IMG/VR virus record: IMGVR_UViG_3300029951_000012
Direction: 5' to 3' (one strand)
DNA length: 64,000 bases
Origin: an uncultured virus (IMG/VR IMGVR_UViG_3300029951_000012)
Taxonomy: Duplodnaviria; Heunggongvirae; Uroviricota; Caudoviricetes
Under the pieces are notes generated by a model. The model was not told the DNA's origin, did not search any database, and saw only the letters and a list, made by a program, of their open reading frames with translations. The position numbers were made by a program, and so were the translations under genes. Shown here one piece after another: positions 47,397 through 57,168 of the stretch. Within the stretch, counting starts at the first letter, position 1, and every line of letters begins with the position of its first letter.

Positions 47397-47608
47397 ACTT
47401 TTTTCTTCCTCGTGGAGCCTTTGTCAATTCCAGTGATGGCCGTGCTAATGAGCTTCGTTAGCTCTTTCTGATGTCCATCCACTTTAGCATCTACGGCTTG
47501 AACTTCGTCCGACACAATACCGAGCTTGCGCCGATTCAGCAGCGTGCCAATGGCTGCTATTGTTCCCGGTACAGCGGCAATCAGGGCTACGGCTACGATG
47601 TCGCTCAC
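47393..47608 (-). CDS. Small membrane protein
   Basis: N-terminal TM, basic tail. Confidence 0.6.
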   Translation of the reverse strand: MSDIVAVALIAAVPGTIAAIGTLLNRRKLGIVSDEVQAVDAKVDGHQKELTKLISTAITGIDKGSTRKKKV

Positions 47609-47739
47609 GTCTTCTTGCCTTTCCGCTCCGCATCATCTTTTTCCAGTTGCGCGGCCCGCTCCCAATATCCGTTATCCCGCAGCAGTTGAATGTAGTCTGC
47701 GAGGGTCGGTTGTTTTACGCGTTCGCTCTTTTCAGCCAT
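47605..47739 (-). CDS. 44-aa conserved micro-protein
   Basis: TLADYIQLLRDNGYWERA; paralog of 4288-4413. Confidence 0.7.
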   Translation of the reverse strand: MAEKSERVKQPTLADYIQLLRDNGYWERAAQLEKDDAERKGKKT

Positions 47740-48236
47740 GTTTTCAGGTAAATCGCATCCTGCGGGTTGCGTGCGACTATCTGATTGTATCTTGCCACAC
47801 GTTGTACCCTGTATGCCGCAACCAGACGGTCAGAGTCGAGCGCGTTGGCCGCATCGAGGGTAAGAGGCCCAATCTCTCCATCAGGCGCAAGGGGAGGCGT
47901 TTGACCGCAGCAGTTGATGGCGTCCTGCAACAGAATCGCGCCGACGTGCGGGCCAGCATTGACCGCCTCATCCAGCACGCGGTTGGCTACGTCCTGCGAT
48001 TCCAAACCGCCAAGAAGTAGGGGAGTCCAGAAGTTAGCCTCGTAGAACGCCTGGACTGCCGGCAGACGGTCGGACTGAGGCAGCGCGGCAATCTTGTCAA
48101 AGTCAAGGGGCCAAGCGGCAGAGTTGATGCCGGAGATAGCGCGAGCGCCAGCGGGAGCATCTGGAACTTCTGCGCAATACTTCTCGGGATCTTCAAACTG
48201 CATGATGTAGTCGAAAGCTGGCGGGAACTGGCTCAA
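47715..48236 (-). CDS. Endolysin, GH108 muramidase with PG-binding domain
   Basis: FYEANFW, DEAVNAG, LQ, DGEIGPLT, WLKR motifs; likely TTG start. Confidence 0.82.
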   Translation of the reverse strand: MSQFPPAFDYIMQFEDPEKYCAEVPDAPAGARAISGINSAAWPLDFDKIAALPQSDRLPAVQAFYEANFWTPLLLGGLESQDVANRVLDEAVNAGPHVGAILLQDAINCCGQTPPLAPDGEIGPLTLDAANALDSDRLVAAYRVQRVARYNQIVARNPQDAIYLKTWLKRANA

Positions 48237-48355
48237 TTTGAAAACCTCTGAATGAGATAAAAGCAGAAAATGATGCCCAGAACCAAACAGAGCAACAGGA
48301 CGCTCCCGCCAAACGGTTGCTGCGGCCAATCTGGGGGACGCTCTGGCTGATTCAT
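48233..48355 (-). CDS. 40-aa single-TM peptide
   Basis: MNQPERPPDWPQQPFGGSVLLLCLVLGIIFCFYLIQRFSN; overlapping start and stop codons. Confidence 0.5.
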   Translation of the reverse strand: MNQPERPPDWPQQPFGGSVLLLCLVLGIIFCFYLIQRFSN

Positions 48356-48441
48356 CGAAACAAACCCATCCAGCAAAGCCTAATCACGTACACGCCACCT
48401 ATTGCATTGAGCGCGACTACGGAGGCGGCTAGGAATCTCAT
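48352..48441 (-). CDS. 29-aa hydrophobic peptide
   Basis: MRFLAASVVALNAIGGVYVIRLCWMGLFR; ATGA overlaps at both ends. Confidence 0.5.
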   Translation of the reverse strand: MRFLAASVVALNAIGGVYVIRLCWMGLFR

Positions 48442-48704
48442 TTCTTAATGATCTCCGTGATAATTCCAGCCAAGCAACTGACTAGCAAGAGAATGATAGC
48501 CCATCCCATCTTCACAAAGTTGTCAATTCTTGCATCTTGTGCGCTCATACGGTCATCTCCAGAGTCCAGGCGATCTTCTGCCTGTTGCATACGAGTGCAT
48601 AACCCCGGCTTCCCGTTGCCCCGGTATAAGGTCTGCTCGTGACGCTCCCATATATTCTGCTGCCCGTTCGACACATCGCTCCTCCTGTTTAGCTTCAGCC
48701 CCAC
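48438..48704 (-). CDS. Single-TM protein with GNGKPGL motif
   Basis: Coiled coil plus C-terminal TM; real start probably near 48674. Confidence 0.6.
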   Translation of the reverse strand: MGLKLNRRSDVSNGQQNIWERHEQTLYRGNGKPGLCTRMQQAEDRLDSGDDRMSAQDARIDNFVKMGWAIILLLVSCLAGIITEIIKK

Positions 48705-48775
48705 CCTCTCAGGTTTGCGCTATTACTACGCAGGGGCTTTGGTGCGGGTAGTGTCCTCAGTTAGCCCCCAACTTT

Positions 48776-51700
48776 TTAAGGGCAAAACATATTGAAAGTG
48801 TATGCGGAGCTGGTCGCCAACCCCGCCGCTGAAGCAAAAACGCTCGTGCTTGTAGCCAGTGCGCTTCCGGCATCGACATCGACCAACACCCCAGTAGCGG
48901 GAATGCTGGCTGCGGCATAGGTGCAATAAGGAACGTGGCCTCTATTTTGGGTGTAAGCGACGGTGAAAACGAGAGCACCAGGGGTCGGTACGCCCGTAGT
49001 GGTGAAGCTAATCTGAAAATTCACGTCCGTGCCAACTATGGTTACTCCGGTCGGCGTACCCCCCGCACCAGCGCCGAATGTAATGTTGCCGGTGCTCTGC
49101 GCTGTCTCCCCTACGAAGCCGTTGGATTGCACCTGCGGAAACTGTACTGCTGCGGCTCCGCTAGAACCAGTTGCGTCGGAGAAGACTAATATCTTAGTGG
49201 GGTTCGCTCCAGTGCCATACTGGACGCACTGAGTGAAGGTGTCTCCTGCTGTAGCCGACCCAGTCCAATACTGGCCGGATAGCCCAAAGCACGGGCTGTT
49301 CCGATTAGCCCCACTCGTCGCTGCGGTCACGTTTTCCACCAGCACAGGAGTGGTGGCTGCTGCGCCGATGTACGTGCTGGTTCCGGTATAGGCGTTGTTC
49401 CCAACAAAGGTAGGAACATTGAGGGTAAGGTCATACCACGCAGGCGCGACAGAGGCAGAACCAACAGGAGTATCGGAATAGGCGAAGACGTGCGCCGTAG
49501 TCGTCGGCCCCGCCAAGCGCGTCGCGGCTCCAGATGCACCTCCGTAGATAGTGTCACCCAGCGTCGTCATGGGGTTGGTGATTCCGGTCGGACACAACCC
49601 ATTGCCCGGTGTGCAAACCAGGTTCGTGCTTCCGCTTCCTCCCGAGTGCATCGTCGCTGCCTGAATATCGTAGGCCGAAGTTGCATTTCCGCCAAACTGC
49701 ACGGTTGCGCCGGTGGTCGGGCACGCTGGCGGAATAACTGTGTTCGAGAAACTGTACCCCAGCCCGATAATTCCACCGCCAGTCGTACAAATACCCAGTG
49801 GGTCGCCGGGGGAAGCTGGAGCGCCAACTCCAAAGTAGGCGGCGTTCGATGTGCTACCCGTACCGGCATATTGAAAGGCGATGTAAGTGTAGTTGAGGGC
49901 GGTCGGCGCTGTACCGACAACAATGCCGGTCCCGGTGGATTGCCCAGCAGCAATGTTCGGCGCAAGGAATTGCGCCATAGTCACGCCTATGTTGCCCGTC
50001 TCTGCAAAGTTATTAGTTACATTCAAAGCGCTGGAGGCGCTCCCGGAAGTCACGATATTCAGCGCATCGCCGGTTGGGTTAGTGATGGTTTGACTTCCCG
50101 TAGGATTCAGGGCAACGCAAGTTGTAAGCAAGCAGGGCGTGCCTGAAGCATCGGGCCATGTGATATACGTTGCATCCGCCTGACCAGAAGGTATCGTGAG
50201 TGTGGCAGACGCTCCTGAGTGAGAGTTGACTAGCGTCTGTATGTTTGTGGGGGGCTGGGCGTTGAATGTCGTCGTCCAAGGGGTTTGGGCTACATCGACA
50301 TTGTTCCACCCAATTGTCCCCGTCCCGGCGTCTGTCGATCCATCGGAGATTTCGTCGTTGGTCATAATGGTGCCAACGGCTCCCGCTTGAATCGCAAAAA
50401 GCCCTTCGCTCAAAGTGATTTCATTGCTTATCCCAGAGATATTCAGGTTGCCGTTGAGTCCCTCGAAGTGGTTGCGAGCGCCTGCCACAGTGCTTGTTAC
50501 GGTAGGAGCTTCATCCAATACATTGTTGAACACGTTTCCTACGCCGTTGCAACCGTTTGTGTTGCAGCCCACCACCATATTTTGATAGTTGTTGGAAAAC
50601 TGACCGCCATTCACTGTAATGGCTGCGGCCTGAGGCATATTCAAACCGATGCCAGAGCATCCTTTCACCACAGGCATCGTCAGCGTGAACTGGCTGGAAG
50701 GGAAAGTGGAGCCGCCATCCAATCCATTGCTGAATGTCAATCCATTTACGCAGGTGCTAGACCCCGGAACCCCATAAGGGCCAGCCAAGAGATCCCTCAA
50801 GTCACTCTGGCCGTTCCAAAAATCCGCTTCAAAAGCGGAGATACTGCCCCCACTAAAATACACGTTGTCCATGATGGAGGACGTGCCTACTCGAATAGTG
50901 TAAAAGGCATAGCCAGCATTTGCGTTTGACGAGAAGGCGATGTCTCTAACGTCCATCCTTATAAAAACGGTGCCCGTTGGTATGCCTGCATAAAATCCGG
51001 CAGTGACGGTGCCCGACCCTGTGTAGATGAGGTAGGTTGCTCTAGCATCCTCCCCGCGCAAACATAAATAAACCGGCGAGGTGCTATTCCATGTGATTTG
51101 GGAGAGATGAGCATAGCCACCGCTCGGGAAGTAAACACATGTCCCCGGGTGAGCTATTTCGTAAGCAAGAGCAGCGTTGATGGCCGCTGTATTATCCGTG
51201 CCGGTGGTTCCGTTCCAGTCGCCCACCGCCCCGAAAGAGAGAGCCGAAACACTCTGGCAGATGCCGTTGTTCCATGCGCAGATGGTTGAAGGGGTAAGAG
51301 AAGGATTGTTGCATCCAAAAACACCGTCAGTGGTAGGGCTCGCCGTACAAATGGCATTCGGTTCTGTAGTGTGGCTAATGTTGTACGGGCTTGCTGCCAG
51401 CGCCGCTTGCAGGTTGAAGGCCGATTGCAGGTAATTCGTTCCATCGCTGTAAACCTGCACAAGCGCCCCGTTTGGGATGGTTATGCCTGTACCAGACGGG
51501 CCTATGACCTGAATCGCTTGACCGCCCGTTGTGGCATTTTCCACCACAAAGCTAAAACCAAGATTTAGAGGCGCGATGAGATTCCGCGTGGCTGTCAGGG
51601 AAACACTGCTCGTCACCTTGAGAAAGCCCTGCGCTGTAGTTTCGGGATAGACCATCGTGTGATTGGCGTCCGAAGAAAACACGAGATTGCCGCTATTGAG

Positions 51701-51820
51701 CAACGGGAAAATTCCGCCTGAGCCAATGGTTCCGGTGAGCGGAATCTGAGGGTACGGAACTGACTGTGCATAAGCGCAAGAGCAGAGGCATAGCGCGATG
51801 AGCAACTTAATAATTCGCAT
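48776..51820 (-). CDS. Tailspike with signal peptide and pectin-lyase-like beta-helix (B type)
   Basis: Same signal and N-terminus as 5036-7813; FGAVGD...DNTAAINAA...VYFPSGGY beta-helix cap motif. Confidence 0.82.
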   Translation of the reverse strand: MRIIKLLIALCLCSCAYAQSVPYPQIPLTGTIGSGGIFPLLNSGNLVFSSDANHTMVYPETTAQGFLKVTSSVSLTATRNLIAPLNLGFSFVVENATTGGQAIQVIGPSGTGITIPNGALVQVYSDGTNYLQSAFNLQAALAASPYNISHTTEPNAICTASPTTDGVFGCNNPSLTPSTICAWNNGICQSVSALSFGAVGDWNGTTGTDNTAAINAALAYEIAHPGTCVYFPSGGYAHLSQITWNSTSPVYLCLRGEDARATYLIYTGSGTVTAGFYAGIPTGTVFIRMDVRDIAFSSNANAGYAFYTIRVGTSSIMDNVYFSGGSISAFEADFWNGQSDLRDLLAGPYGVPGSSTCVNGLTFSNGLDGGSTFPSSQFTLTMPVVKGCSGIGLNMPQAAAITVNGGQFSNNYQNMVVGCNTNGCNGVGNVFNNVLDEAPTVTSTVAGARNHFEGLNGNLNISGISNEITLSEGLFAIQAGAVGTIMTNDEISDGSTDAGTGTIGWNNVDVAQTPWTTTFNAQPPTNIQTLVNSHSGASATLTIPSGQADATYITWPDASGTPCLLTTCVALNPTGSQTITNPTGDALNIVTSGSASSALNVTNNFAETGNIGVTMAQFLAPNIAAGQSTGTGIVVGTAPTALNYTYIAFQYAGTGSTSNAAYFGVGAPASPGDPLGICTTGGGIIGLGYSFSNTVIPPACPTTGATVQFGGNATSAYDIQAATMHSGGSGSTNLVCTPGNGLCPTGITNPMTTLGDTIYGGASGAATRLAGPTTTAHVFAYSDTPVGSASVAPAWYDLTLNVPTFVGNNAYTGTSTYIGAAATTPVLVENVTAATSGANRNSPCFGLSGQYWTGSATAGDTFTQCVQYGTGANPTKILVFSDATGSSGAAAVQFPQVQSNGFVGETAQSTGNITFGAGAGGTPTGVTIVGTDVNFQISFTTTGVPTPGALVFTVAYTQNRGHVPYCTYAAASIPATGVLVDVDAGSALATSTSVFASAAGLATSSAYTFNMFCP

Positions 51821-51821
51821 A

Positions 51822-52949
51822 TTAGCTCGCAATCCTTGGGGAATACATCCCAAACAATAAGTTAGTGGTCTGGTACAGGTACATCGTGACAGTCACACCG
51901 TTTACATTGACGAAGGTCACAGTCGTCGGCGCGTTGAAGGCCATCGGGAAGCCAGTATTGTTATCAACCATCGTGTGCGTGCTGCCAGTTAGTAGTAGAT
52001 AAATCACCTGAGACGATGTAGTGTATGAGCCGATAATCTGCCCAACCTGCTCCACGCCAAGCCCTGCGCTTGCAATGACATTGCTGGTACTGAGCAGCGC
52101 GGATGTTCCCGTAGCGGTCACGGTCGAAGTAGCACCCGCCGCGCCTACGCCGCCGAAGATGCGAGGGTTCCATGTGTATGTTTGATTTGCCGTCTGAGTG
52201 CTGGAACCGACCGCCGTCAATGTAACTGTCGTGGTGTGAATCGCGGAATGCGTGAAAGTCCCAACAATCGTTCCCGAAGTGAAGGGCGTTGTCAGTGCCA
52301 ACGGAGAATCTACGTTGTCTGTGTTGGTGATTGTGGCGCTCGCCGGGGTTGCGGTATAGAGCGCCGAGCACGTTGGATTCGTAACCGAAGCGCCCAACTC
52401 CAGTGAACCATTGCAACCCGTAAACGAGTTGATGGCAAACGCGGCGGTCGTGCTGATGGTGATAGAACTTCCGGCAGTCGTGCATGTCAAGCCAGTACCG
52501 CAGAGAATCGACAACGCACCAGTGAGCGTGTTGAGCGATGAAACGCCAGAACTGCCACTACCGCCCCCACCAACTGAGAAATTGAACGGCCCATAGGTTG
52601 CACCGCTCTGTGTTCGCAGTGTGTAGGCATATTGCCCCGGCAGAAACCATGCTCCTGCATTTCCCTGTGCGTCGGCCTGATTCGTGCATGACGCCGAACC
52701 CTGCAAAACCACATTAGAACCTGTGGGACACGGAGAGGTGGAAGAAACTGAGTTGTAGGTGTTCGCCGGAGTCGAGCAATTGCCCGCCGTGCAGGAAAAG
52801 AAAGATACCCCAGCGTAGGGCAGAGCGTAGACGGGCAACTGCTGGCCGCTGCCTCCGGTTGTGCTGGCGAAGGGGATGTCGTAGCGCACGTTCTGGGCGC
52901 ACAAGGGAAGGGCTATTAGAAGCGCCAATAGTGTTAGGATTTTCTTCAT
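51822..52949 (-). CDS. Signal-peptide virion accessory protein (B type)
   Basis: MKKILTLLALLIALPLCA-Q; paralog of 7815-8939. Confidence 0.75.
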   Translation of the reverse strand: MKKILTLLALLIALPLCAQNVRYDIPFASTTGGSGQQLPVYALPYAGVSFFSCTAGNCSTPANTYNSVSSTSPCPTGSNVVLQGSASCTNQADAQGNAGAWFLPGQYAYTLRTQSGATYGPFNFSVGGGGSGSSGVSSLNTLTGALSILCGTGLTCTTAGSSITISTTAAFAINSFTGCNGSLELGASVTNPTCSALYTATPASATITNTDNVDSPLALTTPFTSGTIVGTFTHSAIHTTTVTLTAVGSSTQTANQTYTWNPRIFGGVGAAGATSTVTATGTSALLSTSNVIASAGLGVEQVGQIIGSYTTSSQVIYLLLTGSTHTMVDNNTGFPMAFNAPTTVTFVNVNGVTVTMYLYQTTNLLFGMYSPRIAS

Positions 52950-54118
52950 TAATTGCCTCCAAATAGGCTGTGATAAGCATGATACAGACCGCCAACCCCA
53001 ACAGTTCCAGCCGCCGCAGGAATAGCATATTTTGCAGCCTTCGTGACTCCATTGCGGATTGCTGAGGCTCGCGCGTAATCCCTCATCGCCTTTTCGTAGG
53101 CTTCACGTTGTCCGACACTTTCGGCTGCGTCGCCCACATCACTAAAAAGTGAACTGCGAAGCTGCTTGAACTGCCCATCCATAGGCCCGGACATATCGGC
53201 GTCCGCACGCGACATCTTGCCAAGTCCAGATTGAAAGTCTCTAGCTTCTGGATAGGTAAGCGGAGCAATACGCTGCGAACGATTAAGAAGCTGGTTGACG
53301 GGCGAAGGAAGTGTACCTCCGCCCCGCTCTGCGAGTTCTGCCATCCGCTGCAAGTTGGCTTGGCTGCGGGTGAGATTTACAGGCTCATTTTGAGCTGCTT
53401 GAGAAACTGTATTGAATAGCGCTCCAGCTCTTGCGCGTGTCGGAATCTGCCCGAATGGTATGCGTCCCGGTGCAGCAGCGTCAGTAGCTCCAAGAACTAA
53501 AGGCGCAACTTGCGCCGCCGTGCTGGTCAATGTCCCCATTGCTCCGGGATTCGTAATTACGTTCTTTAGGTCGCTTCCATAACCTCCGTTTGGGTCGCGC
53601 GTCTCTTCCGCTTGTTCCGCAGCCTTAACCATCCCCGTCCCAAGAATAGGGATGGACTTCAGTGCATGAATTCCCGCCTCCGCAGGATTGCTATTTTGGA
53701 CGGCAGACTTTGCAGCGGCGATAGGATGTCCCGAAGTGAGAAGTTTTAGTGTTGGGGTATTATCGCTAGTCCCCGTCAGCGACCTTGCGGCTTCTAACTG
53801 CTCATCACTGGAATTTTTGAGCGTGCTAATTACTCCCCGCGCTGGAGCGGTCATTGTATCCACGACACTCTTGATGGGATGCGCCTTGAATTCTGCATCA
53901 TCATCTTTGAGGCTTTGGATGGGGTGCATCACCGCGTTTGGCAGCAGCGACTCGCCAAACTTCTGGATTCCACTTTTCTCGGCGGGAGAATCGTTGCTCC
54001 CCTGCCATATCTTCCAATCATCGTTGGCCGAAGTGGTGATGGGCGCGGATTGCCCCTGTTGTGGCTTATAATTCTTCGCCGCTGCTGCCCACGGGTCTAC
54101 TTGTGCGCCTGCGCTCAT
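52949..54118 (-). CDS. Putative ejection protein (B type)
   Basis: Same slot as 8936-10531, no evident similarity. Confidence 0.55.
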   Translation of the reverse strand: MSAGAQVDPWAAAAKNYKPQQGQSAPITTSANDDWKIWQGSNDSPAEKSGIQKFGESLLPNAVMHPIQSLKDDDAEFKAHPIKSVVDTMTAPARGVISTLKNSSDEQLEAARSLTGTSDNTPTLKLLTSGHPIAAAKSAVQNSNPAEAGIHALKSIPILGTGMVKAAEQAEETRDPNGGYGSDLKNVITNPGAMGTLTSTAAQVAPLVLGATDAAAPGRIPFGQIPTRARAGALFNTVSQAAQNEPVNLTRSQANLQRMAELAERGGGTLPSPVNQLLNRSQRIAPLTYPEARDFQSGLGKMSRADADMSGPMDGQFKQLRSSLFSDVGDAAESVGQREAYEKAMRDYARASAIRNGVTKAAKYAIPAAAGTVGVGGLYHAYHSLFGGN

Positions 54119-55677
54119 TTCACCGTCCACCCATCTTGCGCCGCTAACTGCTTAGCTTTTGCCGCATCGCCGTTAGCTTTTCCGACGTAATAGTTAATCG
54201 TAGCAGCGCCCGGAATTCTCTCAGGGCCATCATCCTGCACACCAAGATATCGTGCCGAACTACGCGCTTTGCCAATGTCCTCAGCATATCTTTCGCGGCC
54301 CAAATCGACCATCTGACGCATCTGGTTAGGGTTGAGCGTTACACCTGAAAGATAGCCGTCCTTGTCGAACTTAGCGCCAATCTTTTGCAGCCACGGAGTA
54401 GACTGCGCTGCCTCTTGATAGAGGTCACGAGTAATGCGTGCGCCTTTCTGAAGGCCCATTGTCATGCCAAGATGGTTCGCCAGCAAGTTGAGCATTGCTT
54501 GTTGGTCGTGGTCTTTGATGGCCTTCTCATAACTGTCGGCCATTACATTCATGCGCTCTGCTGAATCGAGCGCGGGTTGAAAAGTCTTCAGCGCCTCGGT
54601 TTTTGCCGCTCTATCTTCACGCACACCAACATTCACGCTCATGGGGCGCTCGTAGTGTTCTCCCTCGTCAATGTCATATGCCTTTGTCTTCGGATTCCAA
54701 GCGTACTCATGCGGCTTGGATTGACCGGGACGAATGGCAGATATCGTCTTGGGCGCTTCTTCTGGCTTATTGAAGCCCGGAACCGTGGCCTGCATCGCTC
54801 TTTCGTAATACTTCACTATCGGGTCAGCAGACGGGTCGCGGCCTTCATTGATGGCCTTTTGAACCGCGTGGGCGTGACCAACCGCAAGCGTTGGATTGTT
54901 AGCCGCAGCATCGCGGTCGCGCGCCTCTGAAGAAAGGTTTCCGATGGTCGCTTGCGATACATCGTGCGTATCCTTCTGTGCTTGCGGAAGGCCAGCCGTT
55001 TCTTGCGCCTCATGCGCGGACATCGCATCATGCTCACGCTGCTGTGCTTCACTCTCCTGCGCAGCTTCATTCGCAGCAATTTGCTTATTGCCAGAGTGCA
55101 GGTCTGCCAAGTGGTGCAGAGATGTCCCCGGAAGCGCAATATCGACGCTAGGAGCGACTGCACGCAAGCCAACGTCTCCGAGTGTCGCCAAGCCCTGCAA
55201 GAGACCTCCTGAGAGCTTTCCGAGGAAGGGATGGTCTTGGCCGAACTTCGTGCCTTCAATCTTACTGGCAATCTGCGAAATGCCAGAGCCAGTGTTTTCC
55301 TTCCGCGCTTGCTCTGTCTTCAAGATGTCTGTCTGCGTTGGTAAGCGATTCACGGTTGTCGTATCAGTAGGTGCGCTTATTTTAGGCATACCGCCGCCCA
55401 TCTGAGGGGTTGCCATCTTTGGCGCTGGTTCAGATTCACTTGCAGCAAGAGACTTGATTTGTGGAGTAATTCGCTCTGTTCCGGCAGGAAGCGCGATATT
55501 TGGAGGCGCAGGTGCGTCCATCTTCACGCCCGAACTCATGCCGAGATTTCCGATAGGTGGAGGCGCAGGGTCATTCGACGGCGGACGAATAATAGCGGGA
55601 GCCGAGGGCTGCGCTTGTTGTGCCAGCATCGCCAAATGTTCTGGTGAAAGTAGAGGATTTGTGAGAGGAGTTGTCAT
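54115..55677 (-). CDS. Putative ejection protein (B type)
   Basis: N-terminal half shared with 10531-12087. Confidence 0.6.
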   Translation of the reverse strand: MTTPLTNPLLSPEHLAMLAQQAQPSAPAIIRPPSNDPAPPPIGNLGMSSGVKMDAPAPPNIALPAGTERITPQIKSLAASESEPAPKMATPQMGGGMPKISAPTDTTTVNRLPTQTDILKTEQARKENTGSGISQIASKIEGTKFGQDHPFLGKLSGGLLQGLATLGDVGLRAVAPSVDIALPGTSLHHLADLHSGNKQIAANEAAQESEAQQREHDAMSAHEAQETAGLPQAQKDTHDVSQATIGNLSSEARDRDAAANNPTLAVGHAHAVQKAINEGRDPSADPIVKYYERAMQATVPGFNKPEEAPKTISAIRPGQSKPHEYAWNPKTKAYDIDEGEHYERPMSVNVGVREDRAAKTEALKTFQPALDSAERMNVMADSYEKAIKDHDQQAMLNLLANHLGMTMGLQKGARITRDLYQEAAQSTPWLQKIGAKFDKDGYLSGVTLNPNQMRQMVDLGRERYAEDIGKARSSARYLGVQDDGPERIPGAATINYYVGKANGDAAKAKQLAAQDGWTVK

Positions 55678-55678
55678 A

Positions 55679-56236
55679 TTAGCTCGGTGTCAGCGCCGCA
55701 GCGCCTATCTGTCCTCCCGCCGCAATTCCAGATTGCAATAGCTTTAGCCATGGATTATCACCCGAAGCCTCCGCCGAGGTCTTTAGCGCGTCGTTCGACA
55801 GTCCGAGCGCCTTCTCTCCGCCGCCCAATTCGGTTGAGTACAGGCCTCCAAGTCCAGAAATGCCTTCTTGCTGTTTCTTCTGCGCCAAATCAGCATCATT
55901 CGTTTGCACGCCGACAGCCGCCTTAGAAAGGTTGTTGCCGGCAGCGCGCGTTCCAGCCGCGATAGCGTTTTGCGCTGCGCCAGCATTCTTTGTGCGAGCC
56001 GCATAGAGTCCTCCAGCGCCGGACGCGGCAGCTTGCGAACCACCTGCCGACTCCTGCGCTGCCGTGTTTTGTGAGGCAATCTGCGCTGGTGTAAACCCAG
56101 AAGGGTGCGCCGCTTCTGCCGCAAGCGTGGGAGCAAGTCCTCCGTAAATACTGTTGGCATTGGAGGTTAGCCCACTCGAAAGCGAACTGGCTGTTCCCGA
56201 ATTATTAAGTGCATCGCCCGCTACGCCCTTCGGCAT
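55679..56236 (-). CDS. Small ejection protein (B type)
   Basis: Paralog of 12089-12643. Confidence 0.6.
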   Translation of the reverse strand: MPKGVAGDALNNSGTASSLSSGLTSNANSIYGGLAPTLAAEAAHPSGFTPAQIASQNTAAQESAGGSQAAASGAGGLYAARTKNAGAAQNAIAAGTRAAGNNLSKAAVGVQTNDADLAQKKQQEGISGLGGLYSTELGGGEKALGLSNDALKTSAEASGDNPWLKLLQSGIAAGGQIGAAALTPS

Positions 56237-56605
56237 CTATGTCACCTTGAACGCCTTCCACGTCTCCTGCCACCCAAACCTTTTCATCATCGTTGCTGCA
56301 AACCCTATGCCAAACTTGGGCGAGATGAAACAAAACGCCCCCGATGGAAAAACCTTCCGCAACGCCTCGTGCAAGAGAGCAATTCCCTTCAACCGCACCA
56401 CAACATGCGGTCTGCGGTCGCAAATCATCACGAGTTCGGGAACCATCTTCACTCCGCACATCATAATCGGCGTATCTTCCTCATCTACAACAACAAAGGC
56501 GTGCTGTAAGTCCTTCGGAAAGCCATCGTCAAAGTTCAGTTGCAACTCATTGTATATCGCTTCCAAAATAGGCAGGTCGCGGGCTTCTAGCGGGCGCGTG
56601 GTCAT
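56237..56605 (-). CDS. GNAT-fold-like protein (B type)
   Basis: Paralog of 12645-13013. Confidence 0.5.
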   Translation of the reverse strand: MTTRPLEARDLPILEAIYNELQLNFDDGFPKDLQHAFVVVDEEDTPIMMCGVKMVPELVMICDRRPHVVVRLKGIALLHEALRKVFPSGAFCFISPKFGIGFAATMMKRFGWQETWKAFKVT

Positions 56606-57168
56606 ACCTTACCCCGCTGCGGTGGTTTGCTGCCGCGATATGGAATTGGCCCGAAGCCGCTGAGTCCAGAACCGGGGCGTCCAGTACCACCACCCTGCGA
56701 TGTTCCACGTGGAACACTCACGCCGCCCGTCACTGGCATGGGCGTTGTGCCACCGTGGAAAACTGGAGTCGTGTTGCTGCTCGTCGGGTAGGAAGCGAAC
56801 GCCTGAAAGTAAAGTTTTTGGCTTCCCGTCGCAAGATTTATCTCCCGCGATGGGCCGCTGTACTCAGGGAAGGGGTTGGTCATCTGCGGACTCTCGGAAG
56901 ATTCCACATGATAGGTGCAGCCCTGATAGAAGTCTGCTCCGTGCGCGATGGAAACATGATGCCCGACCCCCGTAGGCGTGACTGTCACTGACTGTAGCGG
57001 CGGCGGGGGGTGTGGGGTTCCTTCGAGACTCGAATTTGTCTGCTGGGCTACTTGCTTCGTGTTCGTGTGCAGGTCAGAAACTAGTTCGTGAAGACGCGCC
57101 CCAAACTCAGGGTGCCCCTCCAGCTTGAGGGTGCGTATCCAATCGAGATTGCGCGGAGTTTCCGGCAT
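56602..57168 (-). CDS. Tail-module hypothetical protein (B type)
   Basis: Paralog of 13010-13582. Confidence 0.7.
   Translation of the reverse strand: MPETPRNLDWIRTLKLEGHPEFGARLHELVSDLHTNTKQVAQQTNSSLEGTPHPPPPLQSVTVTPTGVGHHVSIAHGADFYQGCTYHVESSESPQMTNPFPEYSGPSREINLATGSQKLYFQAFASYPTSSNTTPVFHGGTTPMPVTGGVSVPRGTSQGGGTGRPGSGLSGFGPIPYRGSKPPQRGKV

Larger units (their letters stand above)
13488..57073. mobile_element. Complete 43,586-bp phage genome unit (circularly permuted)
   Basis: One copy each of head, packaging, early, lysis and tail modules between the direct repeats; no host genes, integrase or att site seen. Confidence 0.7.

Noticed and set aside
48703..48713. ACCCTCTCAGG shared with 34665-34675
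   Set aside because: An 11-bp match is expected by chance in 64 kb
48747..48762. GGTAGTGTCCTCAGTT, resembling the cassette IR with one insertion
   Set aside because: Single partial copy found post hoc, no partner IR; cannot be distinguished from chance
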